This document shows positions 8,472 through 18,563 of a stretch of DNA of 52,311 nucleotides, piece by piece (positions within the stretch are counted from its first letter, which is position 1; the number at the start of each line of letters is the position of its first letter). Source of the stretch: an uncultured Methanomicrobia archaeon (GTDB lineage: Archaea > Halobacteriota > Bog-38 > Methanoflorentales > Methanoflorentaceae); contig CAYHCZ010000002.1 of assembly GCA_964355295.1 (NCBI GenBank), positions 1 to 52,311 on the forward strand, written 5' to 3'. The translations under genes were made by a program, and so were the position numbers. Under the pieces are notes generated by a model that saw nothing but the letters and a program-made list of their open reading frames with translations, was not told where the DNA came from and searched no databases.

Positions 8472-9788
8472 TCAATCGTTTTGTTTCGTAATTTGAGAAA
8501 AAACGTCGAGGACGTATTCGATCATAGCCTTAGTGACACCAGGGTAAATGCCGATCCAAAAGAGGAGTTTCATAACCAAGTCGGTGTTATGTAGACCCCC
8601 TACTGTTCTAAATCTCGCAGCTGCATAGGCGGGTTGTCTCGTCAGGTTGCCTCCAAACAGCATTCGCGTCGCAACGAATCTCGTCTCTAAAAAGTTGACC
8701 ACCGCGTCCCTTGTGAAGGGGGCGTTATCTTTTACCATTAATGGAAAACCAAACCAGTTCGGCGTGCTGTTCTTTGTTTTTTCGGGAAGAACGAAGTATC
8801 GATCGTGTTGCTTCATCCCTCGCAAGAGCTGTTGAAAGTTTTTCTTCCGCTGATCGATGAACGTGGGCATTTTTTTGAGCTGTTCTACGCCAACCGATGC
8901 TTGTAGATCAGTCATCTTAAGATTATAGCCGATGTGCGAGTAGATATACTTGTGATCATACCCTCGCGGGAGCTCCCCTAATTGCCACCCAAACCGGTTG
9001 TTGCACGTGTTGTCGTTACCGGGCAAGCAGTAGCAATCGCGGCCCCAATCGCGCAAAGAGAGGACGATTCTGCTGAGTAGCTGGTCATCAGTGAGAATCG
9101 CTCCCCCTTCGCCGGTCGTGATATGGTGGGCCGGATAGAAGCTGCACGTCGACATATCGCCGAAGGTTCCTGTATAGCGATTTTTATAACGTGAGCCCAA
9201 CGCGTCACAGTTGTCCTCAATCAGCCAAAGGCCATTTTCATCGGCTATCTCCTTGATTCTGTCAATTCTTGCGGGATTTCCGAGGGTGTGCGCGACAAAT
9301 ATGGCCTTCGTCTTGTCCGATAGCGCCAGTTCAATTTGCGGCGTTTGAACGTCGTACGTCCCTAAGTTAATGTCCACAAGAACAGGAACTAAGCCGTTTT
9401 GAATGATAGGGTTTAGTGTCGTCGGAAAACCACACGCGGTGGTGATAACTTCGTCTCCTGGAGCAAGCCTTCTGTCCCCTAACTTACGAGACGTCAGCGA
9501 GGATACCGCCAGCAAGTTGGCCGATGATCCTGAGTTCGTCAGCAAGCAATGCCGTAAGCCGACATAATCGGCAAGATCGCGCTCGAATTGTTGGGCGTAC
9601 GCGCCTGAAGTGAGCCAAAAATCCAATGATGCATCGACTAAGCTAATCAACTCTTTTTCATCATACACTCGACCCCCAACGGGAATCCTCGTTTTACCCT
9701 CAGCAAACGTCTTTCGTGCCTTTTGGGTCTCGTATAGCTCTCGTACACGAGCAAAGATCTCTTCTCTAATAGTAGCCTCAGTTCTCAT
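8472..9788 (-). CDS. rfbH: CDP-6-deoxy-L-threo-D-glycero-4-hexulose-3-dehydrase (E1, RfbH/DdhC type; DegT family)
   Basis: LVDASLDFWLTSG, LLTNSGSSANLLA, PGDEVITTACGFPTTLNPIIQNGLVPVLVD. The diagnostic SFYPAHHITTGEGG has His in place of the PLP lysine. The ATG at 9788 gives 438 aa; an alternative TTG lies at 9815. Confidence 0.85.
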   Translation of the reverse strand: MRTEATIREEIFARVRELYETQKARKTFAEGKTRIPVGGRVYDEKELISLVDASLDFWLTSGAYAQQFERDLADYVGLRHCLLTNSGSSANLLAVSSLTSRKLGDRRLAPGDEVITTACGFPTTLNPIIQNGLVPVLVDINLGTYDVQTPQIELALSDKTKAIFVAHTLGNPARIDRIKEIADENGLWLIEDNCDALGSRYKNRYTGTFGDMSTCSFYPAHHITTGEGGAILTDDQLLSRIVLSLRDWGRDCYCLPGNDNTCNNRFGWQLGELPRGYDHKYIYSHIGYNLKMTDLQASVGVEQLKKMPTFIDQRKKNFQQLLRGMKQHDRYFVLPEKTKNSTPNWFGFPLMVKDNAPFTRDAVVNFLETRFVATRMLFGGNLTRQPAYAAARFRTVGGLHNTDLVMKLLFWIGIYPGVTKAMIEYVLDVFSQITKQND

Positions 9789-11556
9789 CTTCTTCCGTTG
9801 TCGATATGGTATCAATTAACATGTTTCTTTCCAGTTCGTAGCGGGGCAAACGAGGCTCTTGGTCCTCGATGGGCATATTCACGCTCAACTTTGGCAGGGC
9901 GAGCGTGCTTTGTTCAATAGCTACTTCGAGAAACATAGGCTCCGCGTCCGCAAACAGCGTTGAAAGCGCAGCGGGTATTTGCGCGTTTCGACTGATGCGC
10001 CTTGCCCTTATTTGATACGCGTTAACAACGTCGACGAAATTCGGCGCGCTGTAGCCAATGACGGTGGACTGATATCGACTGTTAAAGTACTGCTGTTGAA
10101 ATTGCCGTACCATTCCGTAGCACCGGTTATTGAGTAACACTATTTTCACGGGGAGCGCGTGATGGTGCACGGTTTGCAGCTCCTGGATGTTCAACTGGAA
10201 TCCGCCATCGCCAACTATGACGAGTATTGTGCGCTCTGGCTTCGCAAATGATGCCCCGATTGCCATGGGCAATGCGGAGCCCATCGAAGCCATCCCTCCT
10301 TCGGTGAGTAACCTCTGATCGTTTTTCACGTCAAACGATTGTCCCGTCCACATTTGGATCTGCCCGACATCGACGCATACGACTGCATCATCAGGCGCTG
10401 CTCGAGATAGCTCGTGAATAAAGTAGTTTGGCACGATCGTCTCATCCATAGGAGTACCAAAAGGAGGGTATTTCGTCTTGTATTGTCGAATCCATTCCCT
10501 CCAATCGTTTGTTTGTGTACTAACTTCAGAGAAACTGTGTTGATTCATATAGCGCAAAAAAGGTTTTATATGTGAGTGTACTGGATACTCTGTCTTCACC
10601 TTGCAGTTTAGTTCGGCAGGATCGATATCGACGTGGATAATTCGTGCCGACCGAGCAAATGTTTCGGGTTTGGTCCCCGTCTGCCGCGTATCGAATCGCG
10701 TTCCCAGCGCGATAATCACGTCAGCATTCGCCACGGCGAGATTCGCGTAGCGGTTACCGTACGTACCGATCATACCGATAAAGAGTGGGTTATTGTGCGG
10801 AAAGGCGTCTAAGCCCATCAGAGAAGCTACGACTGGAATTTTGGTTTTGAGCACAAACTCAACAAGCGCATCGCGAGCGCCTGAAAGCCTGACACCCCCG
10901 CCCGCGATAATAACCGGACGCCGTGCGGATTTTATGACGTGAACCAGCATATCTATACGAGCTTCGTCGATTGTGTTCTCACTGCTGAGTCGCGCTTTGG
11001 AGGTTTCGAACAAAGATCGAGCAACGTGCTCCCTCTGAATATTCAACGGGAGATCCAAGAGCACAGGACCCGGACGACCACTCATCGCAAGGACATACGC
11101 ATCTTCTAACAAAGTGCCTACGTCGTTGGCATTTGTTATCAGTGTGGCTTTTTTTGTTATGGGGTCGACTATATCCACAATAGCGGTTTCTTGAAAACCG
11201 ATCTGCCGCGTTGCTGCGTCAAACTTGAACTCATAAGTATTGACTTGGCCAGTTATGAACAAACAAGGAATTGAATCAAAAAAGCAACTTCCGATTCCAG
11301 TTATCAAGTTCGTTGCGCCTGGGCCGCTCGTCGCCAGTGCGACGCCGACGTTTTCGCCTGCCCGAGCGTAGCCTTCCGCTGCGATCGCTGCAGCCATTTC
11401 GTGGTGCATAGATATGGCAGATATGTCGGTCCGACCGTACAAGGAGTCTAGCAGGTGCGCTAATGATCCGCCACATACTTCGAAAACGTGGGTAATGCCT
11501 TTAGAGACCAAAAAATCGATAACGTAATCCGATACTTTGACTGCAGAAGTTGACAT
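9778..11556 (-). CDS. thiamine-diphosphate enzyme of the acetolactate-synthase large-subunit family; candidate YerE-like sugar-branching enzyme
   Basis: 592 aa. N-terminal GGSLAHLLD...TSGPGATNL, and ThDP motif GDGGFQLNIQELQT..LNN. Its stop overlaps the rfbH start by 11 nt. Confidence 0.8.
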   Translation of the reverse strand: MSTSAVKVSDYVIDFLVSKGITHVFEVCGGSLAHLLDSLYGRTDISAISMHHEMAAAIAAEGYARAGENVGVALATSGPGATNLITGIGSCFFDSIPCLFITGQVNTYEFKFDAATRQIGFQETAIVDIVDPITKKATLITNANDVGTLLEDAYVLAMSGRPGPVLLDLPLNIQREHVARSLFETSKARLSSENTIDEARIDMLVHVIKSARRPVIIAGGGVRLSGARDALVEFVLKTKIPVVASLMGLDAFPHNNPLFIGMIGTYGNRYANLAVANADVIIALGTRFDTRQTGTKPETFARSARIIHVDIDPAELNCKVKTEYPVHSHIKPFLRYMNQHSFSEVSTQTNDWREWIRQYKTKYPPFGTPMDETIVPNYFIHELSRAAPDDAVVCVDVGQIQMWTGQSFDVKNDQRLLTEGGMASMGSALPMAIGASFAKPERTILVIVGDGGFQLNIQELQTVHHHALPVKIVLLNNRCYGMVRQFQQQYFNSRYQSTVIGYSAPNFVDVVNAYQIRARRISRNAQIPAALSTLFADAEPMFLEVAIEQSTLALPKLSVNMPIEDQEPRLPRYELERNMLIDTISTTEEDEN

Positions 11557-11628
11557 GACCTTCAGATCGATGCGCGCTGTGCTTGATTAGTACTGTGGTG
11601 AGCGGTGTAGTTTTACGCCTATATAAAT

Positions 11629-12310
11629 TCACTCGTACAAGGTTACATTAGTGCTGAACCAACCAATGGTAGCCACCAATCCCCGATCCAAATCATAAAC
11701 AGGGCTCCAGTCCAACATCTCTTTCGCTTTAGATATATCTGCCTGCTACAACGAGGCTCATTTGGCCACTTCTGTGGGTGCCCTCTTTGCGGCGTCACGT
11801 TCGCCCCTGTGAGTTGAACTATCGTATTCACAACGTCGCTAACAGTATGCTGTTGCCCAGAACCGATATTGAACACCTCTCCCGGAACTACAGATAATGC
11901 ATCGCAGCTCATATACGCGGCCAATATGTCCTCGATAAACACAAAGTCCCTCACAAAAGACATCGACGATATTTTCGGATTCTCACGCCGCAGGCACGAG
12001 AGCGTCACCGACGGGATGAACCGTTGACGGTCTTCAAAGTAGCCGCAGGTGAGAAGAACTTAACGTGACAATCGGGAGATTGTATTTTTGTGCACACGAT
12101 TGATAGAAAAGGGTAGCCGCAGCTTTGGACTTACCGTATCCACTTATGGGTTCCAGAGCCGCGTTTTCCTTCATAGGGGTGTCTTTGCGCCCGTATTCTG
12201 AGGATGATCCGGTGTTTACAAAAAGCTCAAATCCGAGTTTTTGACCGCCTTGAGTAGATTTGCCGTCCCTATGATGTTCGCGTCGTGTATCAGATGTAAT
12301 AAGCAACAGG
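11629..12310 (-). pseudogene. NAD-dependent epimerase/dehydratase (extended SDR) pseudogene, N-terminally truncated with at least 3 frameshifts
   Basis: Pieces occur in three frames. They are IHDANIIGTANLLKAV; FVNTGSSSEYG...SGYGKSKAAAT (YxxxK); GYFEDRQRFIPS..VRDFVFIEDIL..EVFNIGSG; and ADISKAKEMLDWSPVYDLDRGLVATIGWF. There is no Rossmann GxxGxxG segment. Confidence 0.75.
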
Positions 12311-12319
12311 AATATACCA

Positions 12320-12663
12320 ATGAAGAGCGATGGAAGTGCTATCAGAAATTTTTGTTACATTGCTGATTCTATACTGAGTTTTTTCTATATGCTTTTTAAG
12401 GGAAAAAATGGGGGACCTTACAATATAGGAAATGAAGACGTAGAGTCCAGCATCAGGCATTTAGCAAGCATTATTGGCGATCTTTCCCAGAAAAAGGACT
12501 TAGGGTTGAAGTGAATCAAGAACCGAGAAAAGAACCATATCTTAAGAGTAAGATTAAAAAATATTCTCCTGATTTAGCTAAAATCCGTGAACTTGGATGG
12601 GGGCCTCGCTTTTCACTTGAGGGAGGTTTTTTAAAAACATTAAGGAGTTATCAAGATGGATAA
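12320..12663 (+). pseudogene. C-terminal fragment of a second extended-SDR gene, with one frameshift near 12505
   Basis: DGSAIRNFCYIADSI..GGPYNIGNED, then shifted ..YSPDLAKIRELGWGPRFSLEGGF. It is homologous at protein level to the C-terminus of 14095..15165. Its stop overlaps the next ATG (ATGGATAA). Confidence 0.65.
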
Positions 12664-13573
12664 AAGAAGCAAACTAAGAGAGCTGGAAGCAGGTTACAGG
12701 AAAGATAGCTTGTCCAAGGAAGAGTATATAAAGAAGATGCATGAGGAACACAGAAGCCTTTTTGATTACTCTGAGTTTATAAAAGACAAAAATATTAAAT
12801 CAATAATAGTCTCTGAGGACGTTATACTTGAAGTGAAAAATGGGATAAAGCTTGTTTGGGACCCAGAAGATGAGAGAGCGACCCCTGTTGAGATAGTTAA
12901 TTTTGGAGATTACGAGGCTGAAGAGATACGGATGCTGCAGACTTTTCTTAAGGAAGATAGTGTCGTGCTCGATATTGGTGCTAATGTTGGATGGTATAGC
13001 TTGATTCTTGCGGGGAAAGTTCCAAAAGGGAAGGTGCTCTCATTTGAGCCAATACCAAAGATTTTTGATTATCTAAACAAGAATATTAGGATAAATAACC
13101 TCGCTAATATTAAGACGTACAATTTTGGTTTCTCAGAAAAACAGGATCTATTGGATTTTTATTATGATCCTCTCCTGACTGCGTCAACTTCATTAAGGAA
13201 TCTGCATGAGAACCGAGAAAAAATTAGAATTAGATGTGAGGTAAGAAGGATGGATGACGTTATTCCAAAAATTGCCCCAAGGGTGGACCTGATCAAGTGT
13301 GATGTTGAGGGGGCTGAAATATTTGTGATAAAAGGAGGACTTGAAGTTTTAAATAATACAAAGCCTGTTCTTTTCCTAGAGATGCTTAGGAAATGGTCTG
13401 CTAAATTTGGGTATCATCCTAATGATATTATCGCAATATTAAAAGGGATAGGCTATAGGTGTTACTATGCTGAAAGTGGAAAACTGGTACAAATTGACAA
13501 GGTGACTGAAGAAACTATCGCAACTAACTTTTTCTTTATCTACCCAGAAAGAGATATCAAAATAAATTCTTAA
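12656..13573 (+). CDS. FkbM-family SAM-dependent methyltransferase
   Basis: VLDIGANVGWYS, LSFEP, IKCDVEGAE. AAGGAG lies 8 nt upstream of the ATG. Confidence 0.8.
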   Translation: MDKRSKLRELEAGYRKDSLSKEEYIKKMHEEHRSLFDYSEFIKDKNIKSIIVSEDVILEVKNGIKLVWDPEDERATPVEIVNFGDYEAEEIRMLQTFLKEDSVVLDIGANVGWYSLILAGKVPKGKVLSFEPIPKIFDYLNKNIRINNLANIKTYNFGFSEKQDLLDFYYDPLLTASTSLRNLHENREKIRIRCEVRRMDDVIPKIAPRVDLIKCDVEGAEIFVIKGGLEVLNNTKPVLFLEMLRKWSAKFGYHPNDIIAILKGIGYRCYYAESGKLVQIDKVTEETIATNFFFIYPERDIKINS

Positions 13574-13574
13574 A

Positions 13575-13911
13575 ATGTTAGGTAAAAATACCAGAAGTAT
13601 CGCTAGCAATTCCGATTTACAATGAAGAAGCGTGTGTAGGCAGCACTGTGAAAAATCTCGCTGAAGAGTTTGAGAAACATAAAGTGGATTATGAATTGAT
13701 TCTTGTAAACCAGATTCTGTGGACAAAACTCAGGAGATTCTCGGAAAAATTGAAAAAAGCAACAAAAATTGAGAGTGATACATTTAGAGAAGAATCTGGG
13801 AGGGCTGGAGGTAGAGTGATGTATGGGCTTAATGTTGCTAGTGGGACATACATTGGATTTACCTATGCAGATGAAGAAGTTTCTGCAATGCTCAAAGCCG
13901 CACTGGCGTGA
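13575..13911 (+). pseudogene. N-terminal ~110-codon fragment of a GT2 glycosyltransferase with internal compensating frameshifts
   Basis: SLAIPIYNEEACVG...YELILVN. The expected D-S-VDKTQEILGKIEKSNKN appears only in an alternate frame. The original frame then resumes with GLNVASGTYIGFTYADEE, followed by a stop. Confidence 0.6.
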
Positions 13912-14094
13912 GCGCTAGATTCTTCAGTTTTACTGCCGAGAGTGGCAGGGCAAAACCAACCGCATCATCGGTGTGATAGAGTCAATGAAATCTAATTGCA
14001 TTCGAACTTATCAAAGCTGCTGCCCGCAAACGCGGAATTTCGGTTTAATATTTTTATTTTCTTCTTTCCTGACTTATAATAACAAAAAATCATC

Positions 14095-15165
14095 TTATTC
14101 TGCAACAGCAAAAGGTTCATCAAAACTATCAATCATTTGTCGGAATCCTTGCTCAATGGAAATGGCCCATTTAAACCCAAGGTTTGAAAGTTTCGTAACA
14201 TCAGGGGTTGTTCGAAGAAGCGGACTTGCAATATAATCTGTTTTTTCTAGTGGTTTTTCAAAGATTACAGATAATTTTTTTTCTGGATATAATTTTACCA
14301 ACATTTTTGCTAATTCCAAAATAGTTGTTTCTGTCCCATTCCCGATATTATATGCTTCATTAGGATTTCCTTTGAGTAATACGGTGAACAAACCAACCGT
14401 TGTATCGGCTAAATAAGTAAAGCTCCTGACAGCAGATCCATCTGTATGAAGAATTATATTTCGATTATTTATGATATCATTCGCAAAATCGGCAAATACA
14501 CGACCATCATCTAAACTGACACCCGGGCCATATGTATGAAAAATTCGAGCAATTTTAGTGGTGAGATGAAACTGATGATTCCATGCAATGCACATAGTTT
14601 CACTCATTCTTTTACTTTCAGTGTAAGAAGCTTTGAGATCTAAAGGATCAATTGAGCCATAATAATCTTCTCTGTAGGGTAAATGAGATGAATCAACTCG
14701 TCCATAAACTTCGCCACTACTAAAAAAGAGAAACCCTTCACAATGTTTGTCATTTGCTAAATTTAAAAGATTAATTGTACCTAAAGTATTTGCTTTCAGG
14801 GTTCCTACAGGGTCTTTGCCAAAATATTTAGGGCTGGCTTGACTTGCTGCGTGAATAACAAAATCAATTCGACCGTCATAATTAACAGGCTCACTCACAT
14901 CTTGAATTAGGAAATCCAAATCGCTTCTTCCTTTATAATATGCAAATCGTTTCATCGCTTTTTCGTGATTCCGTACTAGTGCAATGAGATGAACATTAAA
15001 TGATGGATCCTTTTCATTCAAATAAAGAAGTGTCTCAACCATATAAGCGGGAATTAAGCCATTTGCGCCAGAAACAAGAACTATTTTGTTACGAAACCTA
15101 TCCCAACTTAACTTTGTTTTAACAATATATTCTAGATCATTTTGAATAATTCGATTCCTTCTCAT
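14095..15165 (-). CDS. NAD-dependent epimerase/dehydratase (extended SDR; UDP-glucuronate-decarboxylase-like)
   Basis: VLVSGANGLIPAY (Rossmann), FFSSGEVYG, YTESKRMSE (YxxxK), RIFHTYGPG; 356 aa; visibly AT-rich. Confidence 0.8.
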   Translation of the reverse strand: MRRNRIIQNDLEYIVKTKLSWDRFRNKIVLVSGANGLIPAYMVETLLYLNEKDPSFNVHLIALVRNHEKAMKRFAYYKGRSDLDFLIQDVSEPVNYDGRIDFVIHAASQASPKYFGKDPVGTLKANTLGTINLLNLANDKHCEGFLFFSSGEVYGRVDSSHLPYREDYYGSIDPLDLKASYTESKRMSETMCIAWNHQFHLTTKIARIFHTYGPGVSLDDGRVFADFANDIINNRNIILHTDGSAVRSFTYLADTTVGLFTVLLKGNPNEAYNIGNGTETTILELAKMLVKLYPEKKLSVIFEKPLEKTDYIASPLLRTTPDVTKLSNLGFKWAISIEQGFRQMIDSFDEPFAVAE

Positions 15166-16128
15166 TTCGAAACCACTTGGTTGTGATTATTATCGTCTTC
15201 TCTCAAATATATTTATTTAAACAGCAATCATAATTTTTTTACAACGACAATAAAACAGAATTATGTGAAAGATATGCATTGAAAATCGAACTCGCCTAAG
15301 CCCTCGAAACGGCATTCAATTCAATGGAACTTCGTGCCCCTTTTCTTTTGATCGATCCCGAAAATCGCAATTACTGTGCCAAATGTTCACCCAAATTGAG
15401 CATAGTTGTGCCTATCAAAATTATCAAAAATTCGTCAACGGGGGCGTCTAAATGAGAGTCGCTGGATCTCATACAAGCAAATATTACCCACCACTAGTGA
15501 AGCAATCGAACAAGCGTATGTAACAGCATCCAGACTAAAGCCGAGTCTCCCAAGAGAGGATACTAAGCGCTTCATTCCAAGTACTAGAACTACATTGAGG
15601 CTCTCAACAAATAGTGAAGATTTGTTCGATTATAGCATAAGCAACTACATCGTTGTTGAATCGAAGAGAGCGACGCCGCTAGAGTGGCGCAGCTTTGCCA
15701 TTTTTCGTGTTGTGAATGCGATCAACAACGATATGGACTCCTAGATGCTTTCGATGGGGCCGTTAGGAAAAGAGCTTGATTACTGGGTCTTCTGGATTCG
15801 TTGGAACTAATCCGCTAAGGGTTCCTTTTTAGAGATAGCGAGATATACGTAACGATACAAAGAACGCTAGTATATGGCAAGTAGTAGCGTGCTAGCGCGC
15901 GTGCACGTGCATTATGCAGACCGCTCTGCATCACAAGCTGCCAGATATTAATCTACCACCCTATAGGATGCGTCTTTATGTGCTGGGAGTCAAGTCATGT
16001 TCCCGTCAAAAAGCATATGTCAGTTGTGGCAGCCTAACTTGGAAAAGTAGAGCTATTACGGTGCTAGGCGTTGTCGTGAAGGATCGCATAAAAAGATAAC
16101 AACACGTTCACTCACCTTCGGATTCTTG

Positions 16129-17112
16129 TTAGTCAAACCCTATCGCGCCTTGAACGATGTACGTCGGACGTTGCTTCACTTCCTCATAAATTCGTCCAAC
16201 ATAAACCCCGAGTATTCCGAGGAAAAAAAACAAAACCCCAAACAAGAATAGCATCAATATTATCGTTGTGGTGAAACCCGGCACGACACGCCCGTACGTA
16301 AAATATAGCCATAGTTCAAAGATAATGAGTGCGAACGAGATGAGTGACGTGACAAATCCTGCGAGTGTCGCCAAATACAGCGGTATGTATGAAAACGAAA
16401 AAATGCCTTTAAATGCAACTCCTAGCACGGTTCTTATGTCCGCTTTTGATTCGCCAGCGTATCGCGGCGGCCGTTCGTAGGAGATGCCCGTCTGCTTGAA
16501 TCCCGTCCACGCAATCACGCCGCGGAGATACTTGTCCTTCTCTTTCATGCTGTTGACGACCAAACAAACGCGCCTATCAATTAGTCGAAAATCGCTTACA
16601 TCTTTGGGTATTGTCTTGTCCGTTAGGAAGAAAATTAGCCTGTACGCTATAGAGGAGAGAATACTTCTTACGAACGAGACGCCCTCTCGTTTTTTTATAA
16701 TGCCACATACGATTTGAAAACCGTCTTCCCATTTAGCAATAAACTGTGGGATCATCTCAGGCGGGTCTTGAAGGTCAGCATTCATAATGACCGCCGCTTC
16801 ACCTCTGACGTACTGGAGTCCAGCGGCAATTCCTCCCTCGCATCCAAAATTGCGCGACAATTGAAGCACTTTGAACCGCGGATCTTCAACGTGGAAGTTC
16901 ACCAGTTTTTCAAATGAGGAGTCATGTGAGCCGTTTTCGACCATGATGACCTCAAATCTGTAGCGATCGCAGCGATCCATAACTGCTTGTAGCCGTTTTT
17001 TGAGCTCACCTAAAACCTCCTCCTCGTTGTACACTGGTATGACTATACTGATCGGCGTCTCTTTAGGGGACGTTCCGTACGATTCATTTGAACAAACAGT
17101 CATACCAATCAA
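16129..17112 (-). CDS. polyprenyl-phosphate glycosyltransferase, GT2 (GtrB/ArnC/DPM1-like) with two C-terminal TM helices
   Basis: [48 protein letters not shown], and a hydrophobic C-terminus. Confidence 0.85.
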   Translation of the reverse strand: MIGMTVCSNESYGTSPKETPISIVIPVYNEEEVLGELKKRLQAVMDRCDRYRFEVIMVENGSHDSSFEKLVNFHVEDPRFKVLQLSRNFGCEGGIAAGLQYVRGEAAVIMNADLQDPPEMIPQFIAKWEDGFQIVCGIIKKREGVSFVRSILSSIAYRLIFFLTDKTIPKDVSDFRLIDRRVCLVVNSMKEKDKYLRGVIAWTGFKQTGISYERPPRYAGESKADIRTVLGVAFKGIFSFSYIPLYLATLAGFVTSLISFALIIFELWLYFTYGRVVPGFTTTIILMLFLFGVLFFFLGILGVYVGRIYEEVKQRPTYIVQGAIGFD

Positions 17113-18055
17113 TCGTCTCCATTAGGCCCTCGTCAAGCGTATAGTGCGGCCCCCAGTTTAATACTGTTTTTGCCTTCTTCGCTGAGAGATACTGTTGAAG
17201 GATCTCGCCAGAATACCTGTTTTGGATGATGGGTTCTAAGTCACTTTTCATAAGATCGAGAATCTTATGGACGATACTTAAGACGGTGTTGGGCTCCTCC
17301 GTGCTGAAGTTAAAAGCCTGTCCGTGAATTTTTTTGGTGTCCATGCTCTTTCCGAGCAATAAATAAGACTCCGCGCCATCTTTCACATAGAAGTAATCAC
17401 GAATCAAAGAGCCATCGCTTCTGATAATTGGCCGTTGATTATGCAAAACGGCACGAATCGTGCCGGGCACGATCCTGTTGAAATTGAGATCGCCGCCCCC
17501 GTACAAGTTGCCGCACCGCGTGACACAAACAGGCAGGTCATACGTCGCGAAGTACGCCTGGCTCAGCAAATCTGCACAACTCTTTGACACATCATACGGG
17601 TGTCGTCCTCGTAGCGGCGTTGCTTCGTCGTACGGCAACGCATCGTGCCCCCCATATGCTTTGTCACTGGACGCGACGATGAGTCGTGAAAAGCAGGATG
17701 CTTTTCTGCAAGCCTCGAGAATATTCCATGTTCCTTCGATGTTTGATTTGAACGTCGAAAGGGGCCCTCGATTCGCAATCGTCACAATGGTCTGCGCCGC
17801 CAAATGAAATACCGTATCGATCTCGTATTCATTGAGAATTCTCTCCAAGAGGGGGTAATCCTCAATACTTCCCTGCACAAGCACGCTTTGTTTGTCCACT
17901 CCGGACAAAAAAAGATTAGAGTTCGGTACCAAGTCCCTGATTAATCCGATCACGTACGCGCCGTGTTCGATAAGCGACTTGACAAGCCACGATCCAAGGA
18001 GTCCTGAGCACCCTGTTACGAAAACAGTTCTATCTCTCCAAAAGTCGTTTGTCAC
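17084..18055 (-). CDS. rfbG: CDP-glucose 4,6-dehydratase
   Basis: [43 protein letters not shown]. It overlaps the downstream GT2 by 29 nt. Confidence 0.85.
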   Translation of the reverse strand: MTNDFWRDRTVFVTGCSGLLGSWLVKSLIEHGAYVIGLIRDLVPNSNLFLSGVDKQSVLVQGSIEDYPLLERILNEYEIDTVFHLAAQTIVTIANRGPLSTFKSNIEGTWNILEACRKASCFSRLIVASSDKAYGGHDALPYDEATPLRGRHPYDVSKSCADLLSQAYFATYDLPVCVTRCGNLYGGGDLNFNRIVPGTIRAVLHNQRPIIRSDGSLIRDYFYVKDGAESYLLLGKSMDTKKIHGQAFNFSTEEPNTVLSIVHKILDLMKSDLEPIIQNRYSGEILQQYLSAKKAKTVLNWGPHYTLDEGLMETIDWYDCLFK

Positions 18056-18092
18056 AAGAGACTCACCTCGAAGAATGAAACGTTGTCTATAG

Positions 18093-18554
18093 CTACTTAT
18101 CGTTTGCTTTGAAACTCCAATACTTGTTGCCGGTAAAACTAATGACCAACACCAAAGGAGTCAAAATAAATTGTGCCAGCCGTGGTTCGAGTTTCAAAAA
18201 ATCGACGCACAGTAGAAGAGCACCCGCATTGGCTGTAAAGGCAATAATGTAGACGGCATTTAATTTTACGAATTCCTCTATTGATCTTCGATGGTGAAAA
18301 ACCCAGTTGTGATTCCAGACATAGCTATTTGTCACACCGATGATAGTAGCACATCCCAACGCGATTAAATATTGGATATAGTTCACTAAAACAAAAAATG
18401 CAACGTAGCCAATGACTGTATTCAAAACGCCGACTAAGCTATACTTAATAAACTGATTGATTGACGATTTTTTATCGTCAGCGAAATAGCCCGTCATTTT
18501 GTGAAAGAGAAAGCGTATCGGCCTCACTTTCATTGAGCGATAAGTGCCGTTCAT
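18093..18554 (-). CDS. gtrA: GtrA-family small membrane protein (lipid-linked sugar translocation)
   Basis: [22 protein letters not shown]...[10 protein letters not shown]...NKYWSF. Four predicted TM segments. Confidence 0.8.
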   Translation of the reverse strand: MNGTYRSMKVRPIRFLFHKMTGYFADDKKSSINQFIKYSLVGVLNTVIGYVAFFVLVNYIQYLIALGCATIIGVTNSYVWNHNWVFHHRRSIEEFVKLNAVYIIAFTANAGALLLCVDFLKLEPRLAQFILTPLVLVISFTGNKYWSFKANDK

Positions 18555-18563
18555 AGAAGAATA

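Noticed and set aside
15406-16099. ORFs 15406..15744 (112 aa) and 15914..16099 (61 aa) in the 15.2-16.1 kb spacer. I also tried reading transposase-like fragments on the minus strand.
   Set aside because: I could see no family motif, no convincing ribosome-binding or promoter context, and stops in all frames nearby. The region is best treated as degraded spacer at the edge of the AT-rich cassette.
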